From: Takakia lepidozioides
Lineage: Eukaryota > Plantae > Bryophyta
Length of the DNA: 64,000 nt
Assembly (NCBI GenBank): GCA_030704615.1
Contig: CM060731.1
Span: forward strand, 6,696,001-6,760,000
Direction of reading: 5' to 3'
Positions 11,726 to 23,393 of this stretch are shown here, one piece after another; the stretch's first letter is position 1, and every line of letters starts with the position of its first letter. The notes beneath the pieces are model-generated. The model ran no database searches and had not been told where the DNA came from. It saw nothing but the letters and a program-made list of their open reading frames with translations. Made by a program: the position numbers and the translations under genes.

Positions 11726-13776
11726 TTAGTCATCTTCATCTAGATTTATTACTTCGTTGTCGTCATCTCCAGATGTTGATGAAGATGCTCCGGGTGTAGA
11801 GGACGTGCCTCTACCAGTACGGAGAGCTCGAGCCTGGGCTCGAGTGGACAAAGAGGGACCCAGTGTTGTGTGGTCCACCCTTGCCATCATGCGTAGCGTT
11901 CTAGGCGAGTGCTGACTCTCTTCCACATTTGCCAGAGCCGGGTGTGTCGTTCTTGCTACGGCGACATGCAATTTTTCAATTAAATCCGATATGTTTGGAA
12001 GTGGCAAGAACACCCCTGGAATAGGGGCAACTTGGTCACGCCATGTGTTCTGCCAATACTTTACAACACTCGTGATGACAGCCTTGAAATTGTCCAACAC
12101 CTCCTCCTGCTGGGGGTCTTTGCGCAACTCTGGAAGAAATGGCCCTTCATCCCGACGAGGCACCCAGTACGTCTCATTCATATCCTCCCAACGGATGCTA
12201 GCGGCCTCCAACTCCCTCAGAAATAGGTCTCTCCCAATCGGTTTGCGATTGTATGGGTCGTTTTCCGCACCCACGGATCCTCAGACAGTCGGAAGAATCT
12301 TTGTTTGGTACAGCTCTAATGCCCTCCCAAGTTCCGGCAAAAAAACTCCCTTTGGACTCGGTCCCGTATGCCTCTAGCACGCACGGTTATTTCCCAGTTG
12401 GATGTCACCCGAAAGGTCACCGGATCTTTAACCTTAGTTAACGTCTTCACATCCAAGACGTGCATCTCTCTTGGAGCATCCCAAGTCATTGTCTCCCCCC
12501 AGTGCTGCCAATTTAAAAATCGTAAGGCGATACATCCAATGGCATGTTGTACCGGTTGTACTCCTATCCCGTGGGCATATTGTCTTGCAACCCAAACAAC
12601 TCGTAGAAACGTCGATGGATTGGTCCACGGCAGTCAGGGCATTGGCTGGCTCGCATGGCTGCCGATATGAGACATGTGGGATGGAACAAATGGCCACATG
12701 AACCAAGCATATAGCCTCCCTCCGGTCCATAAGGGTTTAGGCACATTGTGCACACCGTACCATCTGGAACCCATGATGCTGGATTGCTCTGTGGTATCCA
12801 CGTCCGTTTATCCTCATGAATGTAGGATAACATCCTCGGCCTGGTGTCCCACTCCTTCTCTACTTCCAAATCCTAGTTTATAATGTTGTTATTGGTATCG
12901 GAAATTGTATGCACACAGTGCTCAAATATGACATCCACATCACTCCATGTGGTGAATCCAGTGTACTTCGACGTGAATACATCACGCACAGTATCGTGCC
13001 TTTGCAAATTAGCATAGATGCTATCTACGCTTCGATTTGACAAACGTGCTGCACGTTGGAGGGAGGACAACGCTTCTTCTATCCGTGTTTCCCGCGATGC
13101 TAGATGGCCCGCCCATGTCACCCAATTCCGCCAATTCCCCTTCAACCATGGCCACGATCGGATTTGCATGGCATTTGAGTACCGATATGCAACAGCCCTA
13201 GCTTGCTCGCGTTCCCCCACACGCTGCTCTAATTCATGTTCTTAGGCCGATGTAATTTGCACGGCTGAACATTCCCCAGTTTCCACTATGGGGTCCTTCC
13301 TTTTTCTTGCCCTCTCCGCCGCAAGTCTTTCTTCCTCAACCCTCGCCGGGTCCAGTTCAGACGTTTGCACTTCATTCCATGCCCGATTGAGTCAACCCCG
13401 TCGATGACGCGGTCAATGTCCATTGGTGGCATATTCAAACGCGCCAATATGTCTTGCTCGTTGGTGATTGGCTTCGGGTCCTGAAGCACACCGCGTACGC
13501 TATCGAGAGTCCCCAACCCCATTCTTTCCAGCAACTTCGCTATTTGCCACAGTTGCAAATGAATAATGTCCTGAAGGTCTTTGATGTGCTGTTCATGTGT
13601 GGCCAACTGTTCCTCCAACGGAGAGCGTACCTCGCCCCCCTCCACCTCAGACGTTGAAGGCCCGGCTGCGGAGACCTGTTGCGGCGTATAATCTGGAGGT
13701 TGGTCTGCATTTCCTCATTCTTCCACATCGTCGTTTCCATCCGCCTTTCCTCCTTCTTCCACCTTGTCGTTTCCAT
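11726..13776 (-). pseudogene. RING-H2 zinc finger (E3 ligase-like) protein, decayed
   Basis: C-x2-C-x14-C-x-H-x2-H-x2-C-x10-C-x2-C at ~12752-12630, within a chain of minus-strand ORFs broken by stops and frameshifts. Confidence 0.8.
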
Positions 13777-14715
13777 CGAACCGTATGATGTCCTGCCCCT
13801 GACGTATATACAAGTCTGGGATATCAGAGAACATGTATAGTCTAGTACGTTGTCTCGCAGTGGCAGTTTGTCAATCCACCGGTCGCAATAAAATCAACTC
13901 TGTGTACAACATGGCCGCAAATAAATACGGGACCTTGTTGTTGACGAGCGGTTGACCCACAATGTTGCATGTACCTCCTCCTCTGCCCTGTGGGCGGAAT
14001 GCGGGTTGACGTAGGAATGCAAGCTAGCTTGATTTTGTTTGGTTTGTGGATCATGCCTATCTCTAGGCCACAAACGATTTATGTGACACCAGTCCACAAA
14101 TTTCCTGCAATCACCAAGCGACCACCGCTGCCCCAACTTCCAAACTTCCCAACCTGGTTCTGCAAGAATGTTGGGTCATTGTATATGTCCCAACAACGAG
14201 TTCGCGCCTGGCCCTTTTTGGTTTTTTTTTTGGGAGGTCCAGGTTCATTATCGTCATCCCTGGATGACCTCCTTTGTCTTCCTCCTCCGCCATTTATGGC
14301 TTGGCTTACCCATACTCGACAGGTGTTTGCTAAGAAAAATGCTCTCCCAACCCTCCTAAATCATACCTAATCCTACTCCCTAATGAATCCTCCCATAGTA
14401 CTAGAGGCTCGTGTCACTCCCTCGGCAGTTCTAAGTGATATGACGCAATGTGCAAAGAAAAAAACGTGGGTGCCAGAGGAGGGCTTCCCGGGAGGTACTC
14501 AGCATCGATTTCGTAGAATCCAACGGCCCAAAATACCCCTCACCCATCAATAGCACCCCTCTCCACTTGGACTCAATGACAATGAATGCAACTTCCTATC
14601 GCCCACCAAGTCCTGTGTGGAGAAAAGTGAGGGAGAGAATGGCCTCCAAGGCCTATAAGCCCCCTCCACACTCGGGGCGCGCGCTGTCATCATGATTGCG
14701 CACGCTAGTAATCGC

Positions 14716-15660
14716 TGCGACCGCCAGCAGGGGCGGTCGCATCTTTTTTCTTTTCTTTATTATGTGCGACCACCAGCAGGGGGTGGTCGCAAAATTTTTA
14801 ATTTTTTTAATAGGTGCGACCACCAGCAGGGGGGTGGTCGCAGAATTTTTATTTTTTTAATAGGTGCGACCACTAGCACGGGGGCGGTCGCAGATGTTTT
14901 TTTTTTTTTAATGGGTGCGACCACCAGCAGGGGGGTGGTCGCAATTTTGTTTATTTATTTTTAATGGGTGCGACCACCAGCAGGGGGGTGGTCGCAAATT
15001 TGTTTTTTTTTTTTTAATGGGTGCGACCACCAGCAGGGGGGTGGTCGCAGATTTTTTATTTTTAATAGGTGCGACCACCAGCAGGGAGGTGGTCACATAA
15101 TTTTTCTTTTTTTTAATAGGCGCAACCACCAGCAAGGGGGTGGTCGCATAAATTTTGTTTAAAACAAATAGGGGCGACCACCACCTGCTGGTGGTCGCAC
15201 TATTTTCCTTTTCTTTAATAGATATGACCACCAGCAGGGGGGTGGTCGTATAATTTTCCGACTTTTTAATATCTGCCAACAGTCAGTAGCTCAGTTGGTT
15301 AAGTGCATTGTGTGCGACCCGGACGATTCGGGGGTCAAATCTTGCTACTTGATAGGTGTGGTATGGTTCGTGTGTGGTGCCCCATTCCTACGCCTCTTGG
15401 CGCATAAATGAAAGAGGTTATTTTCTCCTCTCACTACTAAGGGGCCTGATTTGTGAGCTGTCGCTCCCAGATGTTTCCCAAAAAAATAAAAAATAATCTG
15501 CGACCACCAGCAGGGGTGATCAATAAATCAGTAAATAGGTGCGACTACCAGCAGGGGGGTGGTCGCAACATGTTTCTTTTATTTTAACAGTTGCGACGAC
15601 CGCTATTGGTGGTCACACAATTGTTTTTTTTTAATAGGTGCAACCACCAGGAGGTTGGTC
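14716..15660. repeat. palindromic hairpin array 1 (~15 units)
   Basis: GCGACCACC-agcagggg-GGTGGTCGC about every 50 bp, separated by T-rich spacers. Confidence 0.95.
15277..15495 (+). mobile_element. tRNA-derived SINE
   Basis: A-box TAGCTCAGTTGG (15287), B-box-like GGGTCAAATC, A-rich tail, ATCTGC target duplication (15271-15276 and 15496-15501). Confidence 0.75.
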
Positions 15661-16030
15661 CCCTAGCACCTGTATGTATGTTTGGAGAGGTAGATGAAAA
15701 ACACATGTATCGACTCCCCATGGATTTGTGAAGGAGAAGATGAATGTTGGGAGCTGCCCCGGCCTTTGTGGCTTCGAAACCATAATAGGAAATGTGAAGG
15801 AGAAGAGAATGTTGGGAGCTTGCACCGGCCTTTTGGCTTCGAAACCATAATAGGAAATTCAACAATGTAAAGGTAATGTGAAACACAACACACGCACGAC
15901 CACCAAACCCTTTCTTGGGTACACATATTCCACCATTTTTATTTCCGTACACGTATGCATGTACCCAAACTGAAACATGGATATCCATAGAAACATACTA
16001 TACATCATGTGACAGAAGTTATAGCTGTAA

Positions 16031-17150
16031 CTAATTCCGTCTGGCACGACGACGATGGTATAATCTCACGCCTAGTACAAAATCTTCGTCCCCACTCACT
16101 TCACCCCCGTTCCTATGATCAGTGCTAGAATCATCATCTCCATCTGTTCTTTCGTTTCCAGAGGCAATTGGCCGTTGGACCTGTAGTAGTCGTCCTCGGA
16201 GTACGTTCAGTTGTCTCTCTGGTCGATTTCCACTCCTATCATGAATACCATCTAGGGTATCAGGTCTGTTCATAGGTCGGTCCTATGCGGGCCATTCCAT
16301 ACAGCTCCCTGGAGTGTCATCTCTGAATGGTAACAAACAGACCCCTACCACAACAAAAGGTTGCACAATTCTCTGCCGTTTCTGGGCTTGTCCCGGATTT
16401 CGTGGTGGCTTTGGAGCAGGTCTCGTATGAGGAAGGTACTCGCACGGACATCAGAGGGGCCGACATGAGAGGAAGGGGCATGAGATGGACCAGTGAGGGT
16501 CGAGGGAGCACGGTTCACATGCGGACGTCGTCGGGCCAGATGAAACGACAATGGCCGGTCGTCGTCATCCATGGTTCGTTTGCAGAAGTCCCGCAACAGA
16601 AGAACCATTCTCCCAGGATCAGAGTAGTAGCGATGGAAGGAATTACATGAAGGGGGAGAGGAGACTAGATGGACCAGCATGGGATGGACTGGCTTGAGAA
16701 AGAGAAAACATGAGATGGAGCGGGTGAGATGAAAGACACGGTTCACAGGGGCATGATGTCGGTGAAGGAATGACAACGGCCGGTTGTCATCATCCGACAA
16801 TTCGACCTGCACATCTCCCGCAGTCCGTGGGAACTCGTGGTGGGAAAAAGTTGACCTCAACTTCATTGTTGAGAGTGTGCTCCACTGGGGGAAGAGGGTC
16901 CGCAATTGGGATGACACCATGTCGCAGTTCATCAACAACAAGGTCATCGAAGGATGGATGCATTGCAGCATCATCGTCATTAAATTCATATGGGTCATGT
17001 GGAGAATTGCCCACATCATCGGACCCATCCCAGCCGTCGGAGTCGGAGTCCCTCGCGGCGTCAGTGTCATCATTGCTGCTAGATTGGACCTCTGAGGCAG
17101 ATTCTTCAAACAACAGATTCTTCTCGTACCATGCAGATGCGTCACTTGCT
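16031..17150 (-). pseudogene. decayed acidic, low-complexity protein of unknown family
   Basis: Overlapping minus-strand ORFs with Asp/Ser-rich stretches and a duplicated DDD(D/N)RPLSF segment. Confidence 0.35.
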
Positions 17151-17164
17151 CTCCTCTCTCGCAG

Positions 17165-17352
17165 GACAATAGATGACGTTGTTATTACTGGAGTTCAAAT
17201 TGACGGTGATTCTAGTGTCAATCTAATGAGTTTCGACACAATGGAGGAGTTAGGACTTGGTGGTTTACATAACACTCGATTGGTGTTACAGATGGCCGAT
17301 CAAAGCCGTGTTAAACCAATGGGCGTCCTGACTGCCGTCCCAACTTACATCA
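17165..17352 (+). pseudogene. isolated Gypsy protease fragment
   Basis: VQIDGDSSVNLM...MADQSRVKPMGVL aligns by eye with the protease at 178-1125. Confidence 0.75.
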
Positions 17353-17666
17353 AGGACGGGGGCACCTGGATCCGGATTGAGTGTGGATATACTCACTTCA
17401 TGGACGTCGTTATTCGTTGCCCGTTTCCGCACTAGAGATGACTGCAAAGAAGACCGCATTGAGGTGCGATAGCCAACAGCTGCCGCAATGAAATAACAAG
17501 TTGCAACGTGTCCAGGTTTTATTGATAAGATGAGAGAAAATAAACCCCTAGAGGGCCATGAAGCAAACATGCCAACATGCAAGGGATGAACCCAAACCCG
17601 CCTTTCCCTTTCACTCTAGCACAAGTGGAAACATTCCAACATTAAATTACACAATAGGGTACCCAC

Positions 17667-17910
17667 CAGTGTTGGACTGGTATCAGGTTTTTCACATACC
17701 AGTCTGGTCCTGGTATATAGGTATCTAAGGCAATGGGATACCAGACTAGAAGTGGTACCAGACATATTTTGAAATTGATCTACCAGTCTGGTCTAATTAT
17801 TTGATGCATTACAGTTTTGTGGTGCAATGGTATCAATCTGAGTATACCAACAGGTATATATAATGAACACTGGTATAGATACTAGTATTGATACCAGGCC
17901 TCAGACCATA
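17667..17910. repeat. partial MITE-like repeat related to 30519-30982
   Basis: ggactggtatcaggtttttcacataccagtctggtcctggta is close to the reverse complement of 30935-30977. Confidence 0.55.
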
Positions 17911-18345
17911 TAATGTCATTCCAACAAAGTTCAGAATTGATATCAGAGTTCAGAACTATATCAAAGTCTAAGAGGGCAGCTAGGTCATGAGCCCAGCCCT
18001 ATGAGCCTGGTAGCTGGGCTCACGTTTAGCGCAGTAAGCGTGAGCCTAGGGTGTATTGGAAACAACACCTATTCCCGAGGACCTGAGAACGGGGGCCTAT
18101 TCCCGTTGGAATGGCCAACACTACCTTCAACTGCACAGCGCAATAAGAGCATCCAAGAGCACTTTTGGGAAACAAACGATAGCACAATCCATGCCTATGC
18201 AATGATAGAATATCACCATGTATTACATGAGTTGCATAGGACCGACACATGAGTGAGTGATTGAATGAAGACATGTACTGAAGCACCACTATGTTCATTG
18301 TTACTCAATTTCCGCGCATAGTATGAAATGCAGCACGCCTACTAT

Positions 18346-18780
18346 TTAACCGGTCTCGGACCTGTCACGTTGCAGAAGAGTATGGACTTCACCAGGTGAT
18401 AGCGTGGCCTGGTGAATGTACTGGTCTCTTTTGGGGTCACAACACATCTTGCGCACAAAAATGTAGTACAAGTGCTTGCAAAGAACCCACTTCCTCTTCT
18501 TTCCCAGGCTGCCCTCACGCATGCAAATGAGATAAGAGCAAATGCAGTCCGGACAGGTGCCAATTGTAACCTGATACGCCTTATCTTGAAGAAGCGAACC
18601 GGAAGTGACCATTGTGTACTCACGACCAAATCCAGGGGGGGGGGAGGACTTCCATGATAGATGTCACCCTTGTCTGCAACATCACCTGTCCATCTTTAAT
18701 TACAACACTCCGACATCTGCGCCCATCCCGTGAGCCCGTGAGTCCAACGAATGCACTTTTGGCACGTTCCCACGCAGATG
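18346..18780 (-). pseudogene. SWIM zinc finger protein fragment
   Basis: YQVTIGTCPDCIC...WVLCKHLYYIF (CxC-xn-CxH) followed by IHQATLS. Confidence 0.8.
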
Positions 18781-18989
18781 CCCTGAAACTAGTGTGCGGT
18801 GCCGCACACTGTTTTTAGGGCATTTGTGGTGCACGTTTTCTCTGCAAATGCACATCGCACACACGTTTTTTTTTTTTTTTTTTTTTAATCCGTTTCCTAG
18901 CAGATGCTCGGAAAACAGTGTGCGATGCCGCACACTGTTTCAGGGCATCTGCAGAGCATGTTTTCTCTGTAGATGCCCATCCCACACAA

Positions 18990-19034
<45 letters not shown>

Positions 19035-19145
19035 CCGTTTTTTCGTTTTTTCGTTCCCTCGCAGATGCCTGGAAAATAGTGTGCGGTGCCGCACACTGAT
19101 TTCAGGGCATTTGTGGAGCACATTTTCTCTGTATATCCCACACAC
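18774..19145. repeat. three long-hairpin repeats separated by poly-T
   Basis: GCAGATGC..AGTGTGCG(G/A)TGCCGCACACT..GGGCAT(T/C)TG at 18774, 18900, 19061. Confidence 0.88.
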
Positions 19146-19889
19146 GTTTTTTTTTCCACCCTTGTCTGCTGAGGATAGGCAATTGCACACAAGCTCCACA
19201 GTACAACACACTTCCTGCTTATTCCATCCGTTCCTCTAAAAAAATCAACCTATATAAACACTCCCACTCTACCCCGCCATTGTCTATCCCTCCCTGTCTG
19301 ACCACCTCCTTCTCTGTTTCGGATTCTTGAACCCTCTATGATTGGATATACATTATTGGGTGCGTACATGTGGATTGCATACGTGCATACATACACGACA
19401 TGACCACATTCATCTATGCAGAGGACTATGCATCCACATTCACTATTTCGTCCCTAACATGTTGAATGATGTTCCATTCAAACACAACTACATTCATCCA
19501 TTTCGTGGCATGCAAGGACTTGGTATGTAAACCACATCTAAATGGAAGAAATAATAGATGGAATGGATGTAACAGATGTAATCTGGAATAACTGAAAACG
19601 GTTACTGTATCCGCGGGAATAGGTCCTGCAATTCCGGATTCCATGCTGACGTGACATGAGCCAGGGTTGCACACGTCAGTGATGTCACGTCACTTCGGAC
19701 CTGACGTTGATGCGACCAACGTCACGTCAGTTTTGCCGAAAAATCAGTAAAACATGAGTTAGGTGAAAAATATGCCACGTAGGTGGACACGTTGTATTCC
19801 AAATGACACCTTGGCAAGTGAATGAATTGTTTTATAAATTACTCCATCCGCCAATAGTTGAGGTCATTTTAAAATCATTATTGTTAAAT

Positions 19890-20510
19890 TGGTGCGACCT
19901 CCAAATGGTGGTGGTCGCAGAATTTATCTTATTTTTTAATAGATGCGACCACTAGCAGGGGTGGTCGCATTTTTTTCTTTTCTTAAACAGTTGCGACCAC
20001 CGCTTCTGGTGGTCGCACAATTTTTATTTTATTTGTAATAGGTGCGACCACCATCAGGGGGGTGGTCGCAACATTTTTCTATTTTTTAATATCTGCGACC
20101 ACCAGCATGGGGGTGGTCGCAGCATTTTTCTGTTTTTTTAATAAGTACGACCACCAGGGGGGTGGTCGCAGATTAAAAAATAAAATAAAAAATAAAAATA
20201 AAAAAATCTCTCTGTGACCACGAGCATGGGGGTGGTCGCAGCATTTTTTTTTCTTAAAATAGGTGCGACCACCAGCATGGGGGTGGTCGCAGAAATTTTC
20301 TGTTTTTTTAATAGGTGCGAACACCAGCAGGGGGTGGTCACAACAATTTTATTTATTTATTTATTAAAATAATCTCTGTAACCAGGAGCATGGGGTGGTC
20401 GCAACATTTTTCTTTTTTTTAATAGGTGCGACCACCAGCATGAGGGTGGTCGCAGCAGTTTTTAAAAAAAAATAACATGTGACTTCCTCGTGCGACCTGG
20501 AGCGGTCGCA
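19890..20510. repeat. palindromic hairpin array 2 (~12 units)
   Basis: Same GCGACCACC/GGTGGTCGC unit as array 1, mostly the same orientation. Confidence 0.95.
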
Positions 20511-20859
20511 ACATTGGATCTGATTTGTCGAGCGTGTGAGGCTTGGAGGCTGGAGGGTATATAAGGTGGTCCCAATGCCCCTCACTTCTTTTGTGGCAAA
20601 CACTTTTGTGGCTAGTGAATGTTCTCTATTCCTTGAGCAAGAGTGTAAGCCCAAGAGGAGGGTGCAGACCGTTTGCTGTTGTAGCTTCTACCAGAGCCAC
20701 TGCAGCAAATTGTCAAAAAACACAATACTACATGGTGCATTGATCCACTTGGATTGATGCCGTAGTGTTGGGCCATCGTATTCTGTTCTAACTTCTATTG
20801 CTCTTGACAAATCTACCAAGTACACTAGTGTTCTTCGTTCAACCTTAAGTCTGTGGTTA

Positions 20860-22280
20860 GGATTTTGGGTGTGAGGATAAGAGAGGAGTGGATCCCTTGG
20901 TTCACCATAGACCCGCACAAAAAGGACGGTGTTCAATGCAATCTTTGTGCATTGAAGCTGGCGGGTCGCAAAGATCACATGTTATATCATCTCGGCTACA
21001 GAGATTGGAAGAATGCCGGGGTTAGTTTGTGCCCAAAAGCCTCTATGCGAGTGAAAGCCCACTTTGCCCAATGTGGAGGCAATATCCCACCGTCTCTTGA
21101 TGTGGCCGCGGCTTCTGAGCCAAACACTCCAAGTTCGAATCAAACTGTCCCTCAGAGTTGTACCCAGGGGGATTCTTGCGAGGCGTCTGCTGTTCGTGGA
21201 GAAGCCGGTGGGTCAAGAGCAACACCCGATTGTACGCCAACACTTGTATAGACCAGACCATTGAGGCAACAATCAATGTAAGAAGGCTTAAATTTGTCGC
21301 ACAGGAGGACTCTGGATAAGAAGTGGGCCCAATTTCTCTACGAGGCCAATATTCCGTTCAATGTCTCGAGGCTTCCTGCGTTTGTGGCTGTTGTCAAAGC
21401 CACGTCCGATTCCAAGTCCACATACACACCTCCGAGTTATCGCGTCGCACATGATTGCTAGAAGAGGCTATGTCTGACCTCACCCAAAAGGTGAATGAAA
21501 AGACAGGTGATTCTCTCCGGAAATATGGAAGCACTATATGTGCGGACGGTTGGAGTCCTGTTACTAATCGACCACTGTTCAATGTCATGCTGGTCTGTCC
21601 TGCGGGGGTATAATTTTTGGGATCCGTTGACACAAGTGGGGAGAGAAAATATGCACGTTATCAAGCAGGGTTGCTGACGAGTTTCATCGATAAAATTGGA
21701 GCTGATAAAATTGTCCAAGTGTGCACGGATAATGCATCTAACATGGTTAATATGACCGATATTTTGATGGTACGATATCCCCATCTATATTACCAAGGGT
21801 GTGCTGCTCATATCTTTGATCTCTTTTTGGAGGATTGGGGAAAAGAATCATGGATGAAACAACTAGTAAAAAGGGCAAAGTCGGTTGTGACGTTCATTCG
21901 TACACATCACATCCCTCTGACATTGTTTAGAAAACATGAACCGAAATACAGCCTTAGGAACCTGGGTGAAATTCGTTTTGCCACAAACTTTTTGATGGTG
22001 GATCGACTGGTGACTGTGAGGGCGGGTCTGGAGCAGGTGATCAGTGACCCTCAATGGGATGCGTATGTGGGCACCTTACGCGACTCTCATAAGTCCAAGT
22101 CTTTGAGCAAAAGTTGGAGGGTCCGCACAATCATTCGCTCCGACGATTTCTGGGGGAAATGTGCAAATTTTGTGTACATGGTGGAGCCGGTGTTGATTGC
22201 TTTGCGGGAGTTTGATGGAATACAACCAATAATGGGTAAAGCATGGTTGATATTGGAAAACCTTGAGAAGCACGTGCAAT
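20860..22280 (+). pseudogene. hAT transposase (BED finger + DUF659 type), frameshifted and 3'-truncated
   Basis: VQCNLC...HMLYHL, FLYEANIPFN, ICADGW, VQVCTDNASNM, GCAAHIFDL, IRFATNFLM. Confidence 0.9.
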
Positions 22281-22382
22281 CCGGCCAAAGCAAAGTTGGA
22301 GCTTACATTCTCAACTATTGAATGCACTAAATACCCTGCCATTTGAATTACTACAATGCACACATGAAGGCCTTTTCTCATT

Positions 22383-22470
22383 TAGGGCCCACCCCTGAAA
22401 AATGGCAATGACCACAAGACGAAGTGACTCTTAGTTATGTCGACTATGGCCGGGATCTTTTCTCTCTCTC
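22383..22470 (+). repeat. dispersed repeat, second copy at ~58925-58993
   Basis: tagggcccaccc...cgaagtg(a/g)ctctt(a/g)gtta...cccg..tctt..tctctct is shared by both loci. Confidence 0.55.
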
Positions 22471-22984
22471 TAGGCCCTGTGGTTGGGTATTTGTGCCTAG
22501 CCTGTGCATAATCTGGGTGATCCTAGGTTGAATCCTTCAACTCCATTGGCCTTTCGATGGGTTGTATGTTGAGTAGTAGGCTCTATAAATTCACTGGATG
22601 TTAAAAAAACTTTATCTTTAACTAAGTAATGTCAAGTAATCACGAAGATAACTACTGAGGGTTGGGTTGGAGAGGGCCAGTTGAAGGGCGTTGCAGCAAG
22701 AAAGGTGCCACAAGAGTGGAGGGCATTGGTGAGCTAGAGGTTTGGCGAGCTAGACCAAGGCATGGAGTGGGGTGGCCCCATATGTGTGCCCCCTGGGAGG
22801 GGTGCCGCCGGGGACCAAGGAGCCACAGCCACTACGACATGGCAACCGAAAATTTGTGGGCCTAGTAGACCAATTTGGTGTGTTTTTTTATTTTTCCTAC
22901 CTCGTAGATACCACTACTCCACCAATCGTTCCCACAACGTCCATGGTAGTGTTTGCTCTCACAACACTCTTACATTGAGTGTAA

Positions 22985-23393
22985 GAGCATGCCCAACAAT
23001 GGCTCCCTAAACTGCCACTCCATCACTATGTTAGGGAGGCATATGGTGAGGCACGCATGCTAGAGAACGCGTGGTCTGGCAAGAGCCCCAGCAGCAACCC
23101 ACCATAACATACCTATGCATATTAGAGTAAAGGCGCCAGGCATGTAAGCCGTGGGTCCCGCTACCGGCCCGCCACTCGTCATTACATGGGAGGATGTGGT
23201 AGCGGGATCTTGCGGTAGGTAGTGCAGGAGAATGCCACACTCCAAACGCACTCGAATTTGGTGAGGAGTGGCATGGAATTTGGTGAGGCTCACCATTTTG
23301 AAGTGCGTGAGTGTGCTGCTGGGGACCCGCAATCCCGTCCGCAGTGTTATTTTGATGGTAGAGCGCCAGGTAGCGTGCCTGTTGGGCATGCTC
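22985..23393. mobile_element. Tourist-type (PIF/Harbinger) MITE, 409 bp
   Basis: Perfect 14-bp TIR GAGCATGCCCAACA / TGTTGGGCATGCTC flanked by TAA on both sides. Confidence 0.88.

Noticed and set aside
14670-14710. Helitron 3' end (hairpin + CTAG|T)
   Set aside because: The hairpin is imperfect and only 3 nt from CTAG, and there is no Rep/helicase in the window.
15281-15352. Functional tRNA gene
   Set aside because: Only A/B boxes are retained, acceptor and anticodon stems pair poorly, and the tail plus TSD indicate a SINE.
8837-18780. A single spliced MEKK1 orthologue (SWIM-RING-kinase)
   Set aside because: Each part has its own C-terminus and stop, the kinase motifs are not STE11-like, and repeats and other ORFs intervene.
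14716-20510. CRISPR array
   Set aside because: Spacers are low-complexity T-rich and related to each other, there are no cas genes, and the context is eukaryotic and spliceosomal.
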